Origin: the human T2T-CHM13v2.0 reference genome, Homo sapiens
Assembly (NCBI RefSeq): GCF_009914755.1
Contig: NC_060927.1
DNA: 64,000 nt
Direction: 5' to 3' (one strand)
Part shown: in pieces, positions 16,751 to 30,673 of the stretch
Layout: each line of letters begins with the position of its first letter
How positions within the stretch are numbered: the stretch's first letter is position 1
The notes under the pieces: model-generated
What the model saw: only the letters and a program-made list of their open reading frames with translations
Databases searched by the model: none
Told to the model about the DNA's origin: nothing
Made by a program: the position numbers and the translations under genes

Positions 16751-17125
16751 TGTCAGGGGCTTTACTGTTACTCTGAACTGTGGGGGTACAGTATTTCAGT
16801 TCTGGTGCAGGCACAGCCCATACAACAGCCAGAAAACCTGCCAGGTTGTAGGCATCCAGAAACCAATGCATTGCTTTAAAATCTGTGTGTGTTTCAGAAT
16901 CTCAGATGCCTCTGTTCAAAGCCTTTCTGCTAACTCAATTCATTGAATTTATTTTCAGGTCAAACAAGACAGAAAATGCAGTTGCAATGTTCCTGGTGAA
17001 AACACCAGCAGTCACTGTGCTCTCAGGATCTACAGACAGACAGATCTGCACATTTGGAGAATCATCTAGAAGGCTGGAAGCACAGTGAGCTCCAGAGTAT
17101 TAAAAAAAGGCTCAGTGAGAAATAC

Positions 17126-17255
17126 CTTCATCCATGTCTTTGGAAAACCTGTTGAGAATCCTCCCTGTGGGGGTCGTGTCAAAAAACTTCATAGGGCTTC
17201 GAAGGATCCTTCGGAAAAGCTCGTCATGCAGCCGGGAGGAAGCTCGCAGCGTGCC
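17126..17255 (-). CDS. ABCC5: ABCC5 exon 20 (130 nt; GTLRASS...[20 protein letters not shown])
   Basis: ctcag|GGCACG ... GAAG|gtattt. Confidence 0.96.
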
Positions 17256-17541
17256 CTGAGGAGCAGAGCACAGAGTGGTCAGGGCCCAGGGATGGCTCTG
17301 TTCCTACTGGTCCAGAGAACCGCTCCGCAGCACATCCACTCCCAAAGCGGGGAGGTGTGAGGGGTCAGGAGGGACAGGTGGCAAGTGAGAAAAGGTGGAG
17401 GCTAACGGAATATGAGTCATCTCAGCCAGGGCCATCCTGGTTAAGGGAGCTCCCCTACTCAGCATGAACTGAGAGACGCCACACCAAAGCCTGACCACAG
17501 GTCACCAGGGAGGAGGGCAGAGACCACCCACCAATGCATAC

Positions 17542-17688
17542 CTTGACAAAGACAACTCCTCGAATGGCTTTCAGGATCAGCATGACTGCCATGGAGAGGG
17601 CGTAGATGCTGGCATAGTACTGCATATGAGGATTGTCCTTCATGCTGTCACTCACCGAGGTCTCGTTCCCTCGAGTCACAGTGGTGTT
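17542..17688 (-). CDS. ABCC5: ABCC5 exon 19 (147 nt; NTTVTRGNET...VVFVK)
   Basis: aacag|AACACC ... AAG|gtatgc. Confidence 0.96.
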
Positions 17689-17793
17689 CTGTTTGAAGCC
17701 AAAGTTCTATGAGGCCAGACTCCTAACGACTGCCAAGAGCCCCTGCTCAGCGCCATTCTCAGCTCAAGGGCAGGGCAGGGTACAGGATAATGA

Positions 17794-18129
<336 letters not shown>

Positions 18130-18150
18130 CTCTTTCTCTCTATTCTAATG

Positions 18151-18524
18151 TCATATGGTTTGGCTTTGTGTCCCCACCCAAAGCTCATCTTGAATTGTAA
18201 TTCCCAGGTGTTGAGGAAGGGACCCGGTGGGAGGTGACCGGATTGTGGGGTGGATTCCCCCATGCTATTCTTGTCGTGACAGTGAGTTCTCATGAGATCT
18301 GACAGTTTAAAAGTGTTTGACATGTCCTCCCGCACACGCTGTCTTGTCTCTCTTCTGCCACCTTGTGAAGAAGGTGCCTCCTTCTCCTTTGCCTTCCACC
18401 ATGATTGTAAGTTTCCTGGGGCCTCCCCAGTTATGTGGAACTGTGAGTCAATTAACCCTCTTTCCTTTGTCAAGTACCCCGTCTTGGGTATTTCTCTGTA
18501 GCAGTGCAAAAATGGACTAATACA
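18151..18524 (+). mobile_element. MaLR LTR (MST/THE1-like)
   Basis: atatggtttggctttgtgtccccaccc...catgattgtaagtttcct...aatggactaataca; near 5-bp TSD taatg/caatg. Confidence 0.8.
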
Positions 18525-18768
18525 CAATGGATGAGAGCAGATAGCCTGCAGGTGTCCTACTGCACGACCTACTGCCCTGTGGGTTGGTCAGCGTTTTTTT
18601 CCTTCTGGTGAGGCTACATTAGGGACTCATCTTTTCATCCTGGAAAAATCTCTCTTTACAGCTTCTTTTAAGTGAAAACTAGAACAGTTTCCCTAAGAAT
18701 AGCCAGGGAATAGGGAGAAACGGCCACATTCTTAGACACAGAACTTTCCCATTTATGAGTAACCTTAC

Positions 18769-18953
18769 CCCGCTTCCTTGCTTGATCCAGTAACTCAACC
18801 ACCAGGTGCTGAAGGCGGTGCTGCCTACATTCAGCATGAAAAGGGCCATAATAACCAGGAATGCCAAGGGGCCCCCAGCAGCCTGGATGTAGACACCATA
18901 TACTGACCAGGGCACTGAACCCTGCCCTTTCTCTTCCAGCTGCACAAGCTGCC
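18769..18953 (-). CDS. ABCC5: ABCC5 exon 18 (185 nt; GQLVQLEEK...IKQGSG)
   Basis: cctag|GGCAGC ... GGG|gtaagg. Confidence 0.96.
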
Positions 18954-19839
18954 CTAGGTAAGAAAAAAAGAAACATGGACTCAGAAGGGAAGAACTATTT
19001 CCATAAAACTAAGTCACCTGCAGAGCAACAGAATCGGACAACCGGCAGCTTCACAGGGGTCTAGATTAGATTTCCTCTTTGTCAGAAGCATTCATTCATC
19101 TATTTAACATTTACTGAGCACCTACCACAAACCAGACCCAGGATGAAGCCCAGGAGCAGCAAAGAGGATGAAGACCAGGTCCCCACCCCTAGGGACCTGG
19201 CTGAGGAGCCTGCCACAGACTGGTAGGACAGGCATATCAATAATCACATAATTACAGTGAAATGTGCTCAATGTGATGATAGAGCTATACGCAGGGCAGC
19301 ATGGGAACCCCTGGGAGGCATACTTGACCTATTTGGCTTAGGTGTGGGGTGGTTGGCAGGCATGTTTCAGGTAAGACTTTCTGTATTGCTTCTCAAAAGG
19401 TAAGCCACAGATGACCGGGTGGGGAAAGGAGAGAGCAGGCAGAGAAAACAACACAAGCACAGGCACGGGGTAGCAAAACACACCACCACAGTGATTCGGC
19501 ACAGCTGGAACAGATGTGCACTTAAAGAATGGCAGGAGATGAGGCCGACTAAGCAGGCTGTGGTCACAGAAGAAAGGCTTTGAATTTTGGCCCCACAAAG
19601 AACTTCTCAACAGAAAGGGTGACAGGTGTGTCTGACTTCTGTTGGGCTAGGAAGGACCTGGGATGGCTGATATTGCCACACCAGCTGCCTCTGGGAGCGA
19701 GCAGCCTCTTTCATGCCTCCTGTGTTCCACACAAATAGCCTTTTCTGTATGTGCCCTATCAGGGAAAATATTTGAAAATGGAAGGTTACTGAAAGACTCC
19801 ATGCAGGAAAGTTGGTTGGTCTCATGTTTTGTGTGTGTG

Positions 19840-20162
<323 letters not shown>

Positions 20163-20385
20163 TGACCGTGTGGAAGACAGGTTCAAAACGAGGCAGCTGT
20201 AACACTGTAGGTAAGAGATGATAAAGGCCTGAACTGGGGTTGTGATGGTGGGATGGAGTTTCGGGAGGTAAATTCAGTAGGACATAGTAACTGGCTGGCT
20301 GCTGGAGGAGAGAAAAGGTTCAAATATATTCCTGAGGATCTCCCTGGCGCACTCAGATTCTTAACACTAATATGAGAATACAGAA

Positions 20386-21226
20386 TGTAAACCAGAAAGT
20401 ACCTTGAGACGGGTCTCAATCAATTTAGGAGTTAATTTTGCCACGGTTAAGAATCATGACCAGTGACGCAGCCTCAGGAGGTCCTGAGAACAGGCCCAAG
20501 GCAGTTGGATTACAGCTTGGTTTTATGTTTTAGGGAGACATGAGACATCAATCAATATAAGTGGGGTAATCACTGGTTTGATCCGGAAAGGTGGGGCAAC
20601 ATGGGGCAGGGAGGTGCAGCTTAAAGGTCAAAGGTGAATTCAAAGATTTTCTGATTGGCAATTGGTTGAAAGGGTTAAGCTCTGCCTGAAGAGTTGAAAT
20701 TAGCTTGAGTGGTGGGGGAGTGGTGGGGGACAGGGTGTGGATGCCAAGGTTCTTGTCATGTAGATGAAGCCTCCCAGTAGCAGACGTCAGAGAGAACAGA
20801 TGTGAATGTCTCCTATCAAAGGTGTCAGACCCTCTGGAGAGACCTAGTAAAGGAAGGAGATTCTCTACGTAATGCAGAACTTCCCCTTCAACAGACAGCT
20901 TTGCAGAGACATTTCAAAATATGCATTTCTTCCAGGGCCCTGCTATCTGTCCTGTGATGCTCTATTATTTTAATAGAGTGAGGTTGGAATTAGGTATCTT
21001 ACAGCTACAAAGAGACTGTTCTGTCAGTCTTAGGATCTCTATATAAATGTTAATGCTCGTCAGTTGTGTGCCTGAACTCTAAAGGCAGGGGAGTATAATA
21101 AGGCACGTCCAACATTGTCTTCCCTTCATGGTCTGAATAGATTTTCAGGTTCCATTGGGTACCCTTGGCCTAGAGGAGAGTTTATTCAGTTAGTTGCAGG
21201 GCACAGAATTTAATTTTTCATTTGCA
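20386..21226 (-). mobile_element. ERV1 MER4-family solo LTR
   Basis: tgtaaacc...gagacgggtctcaatcaatttag...gcctcaggaggtcctgag...agaatttaatttttcatttgca, typical of MER4 LTR ends; near-TSD agaa/agag. Confidence 0.75.
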
Positions 21227-21262
21227 AGAGAAACAGCTATACAGGAAGATTTTCCCTGTTTT

Positions 21263-23795
21263 GTTTTTGAACTTTTATTTTAGATTCAGGGAGTACATCT
21301 GCAGATCTGTTACATGCAGATCCGTGTGTATATCACATCGGTTACATGCAGATCTGTGTATATATCACATCGGTTACATGCAGATCCGTGTGTAAATCAC
21401 ATCAGTTACATGCAGATCCATGTGTAAATCACATCAGTTACATGCAGATCTGTGTGTATATTACATCTGTTACATGCAGATCCATGTGTATATCACATCA
21501 GTTACATGCAGCTCCGTGTGTATATCACATCGGTTACATGCAGATCCGTGTGTATATTACATCTGTTATATGCAGATCCATGTGTATATCACATCAGTTA
21601 TATGCAGCTCCGTCTGTTTATCACATCGGTTACAGGCAGATCCGTGTGTATATCACATCGGTTACATGCAGCTCCGTGTGTATATCACATCGGTTACATG
21701 TTCATCCATGTGTATATCACATCAGTTACATGCAGATCCGTGTGTATATCACATCGGTTACATGCAGATCCGTGTGTATATCACATCTGTTACATGCAGC
21801 TCCGTGTGTACATCACATCGGTTACATGCAGATCCGTGTGTAAATCACATCGGTTACATGCAGATCCGTGTGTAAATCACATCGGTTACATGCAGATCCG
21901 TGTGTAAATCACATCGGTTACATGCAGATCCGTGTGTATATCACATCTGTTACATGCAGATCCGTGTGTAAATCACATCGGTTACATGCAGATCCGTGTG
22001 TATATCACATCGGTTACATGCAGCTCCGTGTGTAAATCACATAGGTTACATGCAGATCCGTGTGTATATCATATCGGTTACATGCAGATCCGTGTGTAAA
22101 TCACATCGGTTACATGCGGATCCGTGTGTATATCACATCTGTTACATGCGGATCCGTGTGTATATCACATCGGTTACATGCAGATCAGTGTGTATATCAC
22201 ATCGGTTACATGCAGATCAGTGTGTATATCACATCGGTTACATGCAGATCCGTGTGTATATCACATCTGTTACATGCAGATCCGTGTGTAAATCACATCG
22301 GTTACATGCAGATCCGTGTGTATATCATATAGGTTACATGCAGATCCGTGTGTATATCATATAGGTTACATGCAGATCCGTGTGTAAATCACATCGGTTA
22401 CATGCGGATCCGTGTGTACATCACATCGGTTACATGCGGATCCGTGTGTACATCACATCGGTTACATGCGGATCCGTGTGTACATCACATCGGTTACATG
22501 CGGGTCCGTGTGTACATCACATCGGTTACATGCGGGTCCGTGTGTACATCACATCGGTTACATGCGGATCCGTGTGTACATCACATCGGTTACACGTAAA
22601 TCCGTGTGTATATCACATCGGTTACACGCAGATCCGTGTGTATATCACATCTGTTACATGCGGATCCGTGTGTATATCACATCGGTTACATGCGGATCCG
22701 TGTGTACATCACATCGGTTACATGCGGATCCGTGTGTACATCACATCGGTTACATGCAGATCCGTGTGTACATCACATCGGTTACATGCGGGTCCGTGTG
22801 TACATCACATCGGTTACATGCGGGTCCGTGTGTATATCACATCGGTTACATGCTTATCCGTGTGTATATCACATCGGTTACATGCAGATCCATGTGTATA
22901 TCACATCTGTTACATGCGGATCCGTGTGTATATGACATCAGTTACATGCGGATCCGTGTGTAAATCACATCGGTTACATGCTTATCCGTGTGTACATCAC
23001 ATCAGTTACATGCGGATCCGTGTGTACATCACATCGGTTACATGCTTATCCGTGTGTACATCACATCGGTTACATGCTTATCCGTGTGTACATCACATCG
23101 GTTACATGCAGATCCATGTGTAAATCACATCGGTTACATGCGGATCCGTGTGTACCTCACACCGGTTACATGCAGATCCGTGTGTATATCACATCGGTTA
23201 CATGCGGATCCGTGTGTACATCACATCGGTTACATGCGGATCCGTGTGTATATCACATCGGTTACATGCGGATCCGTGTGTATATCACATCGGTTACACG
23301 TAAATCCGTGTGTATATCACATCGGTTACACGCAGATCCGTGTGTATATCACATCTGTTACATGCGGATCCGTGTGTATATCACATCTGTTACATGCGGA
23401 TCCGTGTGTATATCACATCGGTTACATGCGGATCCGTGTGTACATCACATCGGTTACATGCGGATCCGTGTGTACATCACATCGGTTACATGCGGATCCG
23501 TGTGTACATCACATCGGTTACATGCAGATCCGTGTGTAAATCACATCGGTTACATGCAGATTTGTGTGTATATCACATCTGGTACATGCTTATCCGTGTG
23601 TATATCACATCGGTTACATGCAGATCCGTGTGTATATCACATTGGTTACATGCAGATTCGTGTGTATATCACATCTGTTACATGCTTATCCGTGTGTATA
23701 TTACATCTGTTACATGCAGATCCATGTGTATATTGCATGACGCTGAGGTCTGGGTTACTAATGATCCTCTCACCCAGGTACTAAGCATAGTACCC
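21263..23795 (-). mobile_element. L1 (L1PA/L1PB-type) 3'-end fragment split by the minisatellite
   Basis: The left flank acttttattttagattcagggagtacat and the right flank tatattgcatgacgctgaggtctgggtt...cacccaggtactaagcatagtaccc join into the reverse complement of an L1P 3' UTR end. Confidence 0.75.
21309..23733. repeat. 32-bp minisatellite/VNTR, about 76 units, consensus GTTACATGC(A/G)GATCCGTGTGTA(T/C/A)ATCACATCG
   Basis: Unit starts fall at 21309, 21341, 21661, 22141, 22621, 23101, 23581 and 23709, all exact multiples of 32 apart. Confidence 0.98.
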
Positions 23796-24027
23796 GGCTT
23801 TTCCCTCTTTACACAAATAATGTTTACAAATCTCAGAATAAGCCTCCCTCATGCCTTGAGCACTTTAAGAGTTGTGAGTAGCCAGGTTAGTGACTATGTA
23901 CAGAAGAACATATGTTTGCTAATGATATTCTGATTTTTTACTGCCCGTGGTAAGAACTAACAAATGTCTCAGCCTTCTGTGCTGTTTGTTTTTTGGGGTG
24001 TGTCAATAAGGTATCATAAACCACACT

Positions 24028-24067
24028 TGAATTCAAAATCTCATACCTGAATTCAAAATCCCATACC
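24028..24067. repeat. 20-bp tandem duplication
   Basis: tgaattcaaaatc(t/c)catacc x2. Confidence 0.9.
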
Positions 24068-24147
24068 TTTTAAAAAAAGAAATAAAAGAGGCAGTAAGTC
24101 AGGATGATCAACTCCCAATACCAAATATCTCCTGCAGTTTCTTTCCT

Positions 24148-24391
24148 CTTTTTTTTTTTGTCAGGATCTCACTCGGTCCCCCAGGCTGGAGCGCAGTGGC
24201 TCACCTCGGCCTCCCAAGTAGCTGGGACTACAGGTATGTGCCACCACGTTTGGCTAATTTTTATATTTTTTGGAGAGAAGCGGGGCGTGCCATGTTGCCC
24301 AGGCTGGTCCTGAACTCCTGGGCCCGAGCAATCTTCCCACCTCAGCCTCCCAAAGTACTGGGACTACAGGTATAAGCCACCTGTGCCTGAC
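24148..24391 (-). mobile_element. Alu (AluJ-like, internal deletion)
   Basis: Alu consensus; TSD ctcctgcagttt. Confidence 0.85.
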
Positions 24392-24544
24392 CTCCTGCAG
24401 TTTTAAGGATAAGGAAGTAGCAACAGGCTCCGTCTCCAAAGCAATGGCAAACCCAAGAAAGTCCCTGGATTCAAAAGGGTGAGGTAAGGAGGTGAAGCAA
24501 CAAAGAGATTAAAACAAGAACACACATGTCTACATCTATACAGT

Positions 24545-24571
24545 ACACACACACACACACACACACACACA
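24545..24571. repeat. (AC)13 microsatellite
   Basis: acacacacacacacacacacacacaca. Confidence 0.9.
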
Positions 24572-25220
24572 GTGTTTGTGTGTATTTAAATTGACATGCA
24601 ACTTAAAATTCAAAGGTGAAAATGCCCACATTATTGCAAATATCTTCCCTTAACTCTCAAGATTTGTTACTGTTGATAACATAAAGGGTTTAAGAAACAG
24701 GATCAAGGGCTCTGGACAGGAAAAGCCAAGTAGGAAAAACCCCTCTCTGTCACTCTTACTCATAGTCCTGGTGCTATATTGTCAAGACAAAGTGACGAGT
24801 CTACTGTTCTAACATGGGTGCTTCTGAGGACACAGATATTCTTAGAGCCAGAACACCTCTGATTTGGTTGGGACTTTTCATGAGCAGAGGCGAATCACTG
24901 GATGGAAGGGTGTACCTGTACCCACCATTCGATTTTTCCTTACTCAGGATGACTCAGTTCTAATTACCTAAACCTGACCCCACCCTGCACAGGAGAAGAC
25001 ATGGGTCTGAAGGTGACTCTTACTGCCCTGGTCTGTTTAAGCAAACAGAAGGTGCCTCGTGGTCTCCCAGTATTATATAAGAACTTTGTTTTCCAGAAAT
25101 GTAAGACCAAGTATTTATATTGTACACACACTGCTATCAAACATCATGAATTACTTACTACACAAGTTATTTCTGATAAACTTTGATGACAAATCTAAAA
25201 ATTTCAAAAAAGGCCATTAC

Positions 25221-25323
25221 CTTCCTCTGGCTTTACTGCTTTTTCCTTCTTTACTGATCCTGTTTTAGGACCCTTGTCTTGTGACTTCTTCTGTGAACCA
25301 CTGGTTTCCTTTTTTGAATTGAT
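25221..25323 (-). CDS. ABCC5: ABCC5 exon 17 (103 nt; INSKKETS...KPEE, linker)
   Basis: attag|ATCAAT ... GAAG|gtaatg. Confidence 0.94.
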
Positions 25324-26230
25324 CTAATAATATTTAAAAAAAAAAGTCTCCAGTCATGTTAGCCATCCAGATGAATGTCCACAGGATACATATTAGGGAA
25401 TCATCAATTAAACTGCTATTACTGAAAAAAGATACATCCAACTTCTTAAAAGGGTCACCTATACTCATTTCTTGTACTTCCTCATCTCCTTAAATTTTTA
25501 AGATTTAAAATTTAGTCCACTGACATTTGCTCTCCCCAGTCACTAAACTCCAAACACAGTAACCTTTATTCTGTTCTTGTCCATTCCAAGTTGCACAAAG
25601 TATTAGGCATGGGGTCATTTCCATTCCTCCTCTCTGAGCCCACATCACTAAACCAAATCCATAGATCTGATCATTTCCCACTGCTACCACAGGATAAACA
25701 TAAGCTTTTCCACCTGGTTCTGTAGGACCTCCATATTCTGGCCCTGCCCTAATCCTGCAAGCTCCTCTCCCATCTCACTGGTGTCCACAGCCCCTACTCT
25801 CAAGCCACACTGGACTTCACACCATTCCTTACACCACACTGCAATTTCCCATTTCTCTACTTTGGTCCACACTCGTTCCTCCACTTGGAATGCCCCTCCC
25901 CTTGTCCCAATCGCAGTCACAGTTGTCCCCATTCAGATAGATTCAAGTCTTCCATTCTTCATGAGGCAACATACACTCCCTGGAAAGCTCACCCTCCCAT
26001 TCGCCCTTAGAACTCCATTAGTACTATACATGTGATGTGGTGTTGTAAGCCACATTTGTAAGTGCTTGTAAGAGCATAAAAGCATCGGTCTTCCCTAGAA
26101 CACTGTGAGTCCCTTAAGGACAGAGATGATGTCTCTCACATGGTTACAACCTGCACAGGCCCTACCCCTGAGAACTGCCTATAACAGGGCACACAGGGAC
26201 TCAATAAACAGCCATCAGGGTTCTACCTGA

Positions 26231-26577
<347 letters not shown>

Positions 26578-26999
26578 TGAGTGCTTTCAAATGTATGCAA
26601 TATTTAATTTCCCTACCTTGGCACTTTATTCACTTGTTTATTTAAAAAAGAGCTTCATAATGCTTCAATCAGGTGGATGGAGCTTAGGAAACTAAGCTGT
26701 GAATGAACAGCAGCACACATCTTCTCTGCCCTCACTGAGCCCATATCCTTCTCCCTGCCATTGTCATATTAGTAAGTTCTCAGTGACAGAAGACCTCAGC
26801 TCACCAGCCCCACAATCCTGCTCTCCTAGAGCAGAATCAGTGTGTGAACTAAGGCACAGCAGTCTGTTCACCAGAAAACAGGGCCCCTGCCAATAAGACA
26901 CAGACACTGGATTCAGCTGAGGTCTCTCCATCACTCACTCCGGCTGTGTTTCCCTTGCAGAGACAGAAGGGGACACACGCAAACACCATCAGATCTTAC

Positions 27000-27970
<971 letters not shown>

Positions 27971-28013
27971 TGTATTGTGCCTCGTGACATAGTATAAGGA
28001 GCAGTTCCTCCAG

Positions 28014-28310
28014 TTTTTTTCTTTTTTTTTTTTTTTTGTGACAGAGTCTTGCTCTTGTTGCCCAGGCCGGAGTGCAATGATGCAATCGCAGCTCACTTTA
28101 ACCTCCACCTCCTGGGTTCAAGGGATTCTCCTGCCTCGGCCTCCTGAGTAGCTGGGATTGCAGGCACGTGCCACCATGCCTGGATAATTTTTGTATTTTT
28201 AGTAGAGATGGGGTTTCACCAGTTGGTCTCGAACTCCTGACCTCAGGTGATCCGCCAGCCTCAGCCTCCCAAAGTGCAGGGATTACAGGCGTGAGCCACT
28301 GTGCCTGGCC
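28014..28310 (-). mobile_element. Alu
   Basis: Alu consensus. Confidence 0.9.
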
Positions 28311-28786
28311 GAGTCCCTCCGGTTTTTCACATGAATCTGCTGATGGAGCCACATGAGCCCTGCATTAAATTTACACCCTTTCACTGCACTCACAAATATA
28401 CATAATTATGACTTTCTTTGGCAGAATGGAGGGTTTGCCCCCTAAACGTGACAACATATGTGAGCCAGATGGCAACATCCTTGAGCTGCTCTCCAAAGTG
28501 CCTGCTTATGATGGAATGGCAGAGGGAGAAAAGCTTGTTTTCCCAAAACAGTTCCCACTTGCATAGAGATGTTAACACAATGCTTTCCAAACTATCTTAT
28601 ACCCAAACTCCATTTTTGGCCTGCTCCTCTCAGCCCTTTTACTTGCTGATCTATATGCAGAAGCTGATATGCTCCAAGGATCTCTGATTTAGATGGCCAT
28701 CTGTTACACTGGTACAGTGAGCTTTATTGGTACAGGGGGCTAATTTGCTAAGAAAATGAAACCTTGATTCCAGGAATTTCTAGTTA

Positions 28787-29077
<291 letters not shown>

Positions 29078-29186
29078 CTACAAGAGCCCAGAAGTGTGGT
29101 GAAGCCTCCAGCGCAAGTCCAGAACAGCGTGGAGGGGTCACCCAGTCACTTCTCTTCTTGCCCACCCAGACCAGCTCCTTCTGTCA

Positions 29187-29242
29187 ATTCCCCGCAGATG
29201 AACTGCCATGCTGATTCCCCGCAGATGAACTGCCATGCTGAT
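29187..29242. repeat. Perfect 27-bp tandem duplication
   Basis: attccccgcagatgaactgccatgctg x2. Confidence 0.95.
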
Positions 29243-29898
29243 CCTTCAACGAAGTGGGGGAGTTGGCCCAGATGCCTCTTCCTCTACCACTGCCATCTGG
29301 GTACCGATCAATCCTACATCTGGTCTTGCCAGTCCACCCGGATGCTCCCCCTCCAATCCATTCTCCACATGGCAGGAAGATCTTTCCAGAACACAAAGCT
29401 GACCATCTCCCACCCTTGCTTAAAATTCTTCAAGAGCCTCAAAGGATAAACCTTGAGTATCCAAACATGGCATACAAACCAGACCCTTTGTCACCCAGTT
29501 CCCCAGCAGTTCTCAGCCTCCAGTGCACAATCCCCCTTCCACATCCTGGGACCTAAGCCATTTGAAATTATGTGTATACTATGAACATGACAATGTCATG
29601 TGCTTGCCTCTACTTTGTCTGCTCAGTTCTGGCATCATCTCCTCTGAAATCTCCCCCAACCTCTTTCCCGCTAGTACCCCAAAGAGATGGGGCTCTTTTC
29701 ATCAGATTATTTTGTGCCTATTTGTTTGGGTATCTCATCCTCTTAACTGTACACTTCTTTACGTGCAGATTATTGTCTTATTCCTTTATATTCTTAGTGC
29801 CAAACAGTGTCTGCACATGTCACTGGCACATAATAAACACCTAATAAATGTTACTAAATGATTAAATGAATAAATCAGTTGTCAAATATTCAATTAAT

Positions 29899-30090
29899 TC
29901 AGAGGTTTTCAAACTGGAAGTTGCATCAGAATTACCTGCAGGGTTTGTTAAAACAGACCTTTGCGCCCCACCCCTAGAGTTTCTGATTCAGTAGGTCTGG
30001 AGAACAGCCTAAGAATTTGTGTTTCTAACAAGTTCCCAGATGATGCTGATGCTGATGCTGCTGATCTGGGGACATGGATTTAAGGACCTC
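29899..30090. mobile_element. MER5A-like hAT element
   Basis: gcatcagaattacctg...gtttctgattcagtaggtctgg...ttctaacaagttcccagatgatgctgatgctg. Confidence 0.7.
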
Positions 30091-30673
30091 TAAAGTAATT
30101 AAACCATTCACCAAATCTGGTTTGAGGGATTTAACTGAAATCAGCTAAATAAAGGTGCCAATCCCAGAGACCTTCAGGGCAATTCATGGGAGACAAGTTT
30201 TAACACTGAAGAGCACAAATTAGTTCCAAAGACAAGCCTCTGGAAACTGCTGCAGGGCAGAGACCCAAAGAAATGTGGATTTGTTCTAAGGGCTCTTTCT
30301 AATAGAAAAGGGCTCTCTACAGACTATCTGAGTTAAGGAGGTTGGCAAAATCAAGTTCAAGGAAGATGCTCAACATGCACACGCTTACTTGTAGTCTTAA
30401 AAATATCTGGATAGAATAAAAAACATCAACTCTGAGTCAACAATGGGATTTTGTTTACAATCCCCAAGACACAGAAAATACTTACAACCTTAAAACAAGC
30501 AGTGTTAACATCCCTGCCCTAATGGACACATGCTTTCCTAACACAAAGGCCTAATGACAGCCTAACTCCCTGTGAGGCTCTTCTCCCAAGCATTTCAGTT
30601 GCACTCCCAGGAGCAGCTCTGGCCCAGCTCTGCCACTCTGCTAAATGCCTGGTCAGGGGCGGAAGGCCTGTAC

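Noticed and set aside
20404-20419. Perfect small inverted repeat ttgagac-gg-gtctcaa
   Set aside because: It appears to be an intrinsic feature of the MER4 LTR end rather than locus-specific.
21309-23733. CRISPR-like appearance (about 32-bp palindromic repeats)
   Set aside because: Units are directly adjacent with no unique spacers, there are no cas genes, and the context is a human intron.
21309-23733. Possible p53 response-element array (CATG cores)
   Set aside because: The flanks (TTA-CATG-CAG/CGG) fit RRRCWWGYYY poorly, and cores are 32 bp apart rather than paired.
21346-23933. Long overlapping His/Cys-rich ORFs (up to 268 aa) in all three plus frames
   Set aside because: These result from a stop-poor 32-bp tandem repeat cycling through frames. 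They are antisense to ABCC5, with no promoter, splice or poly(A) support.
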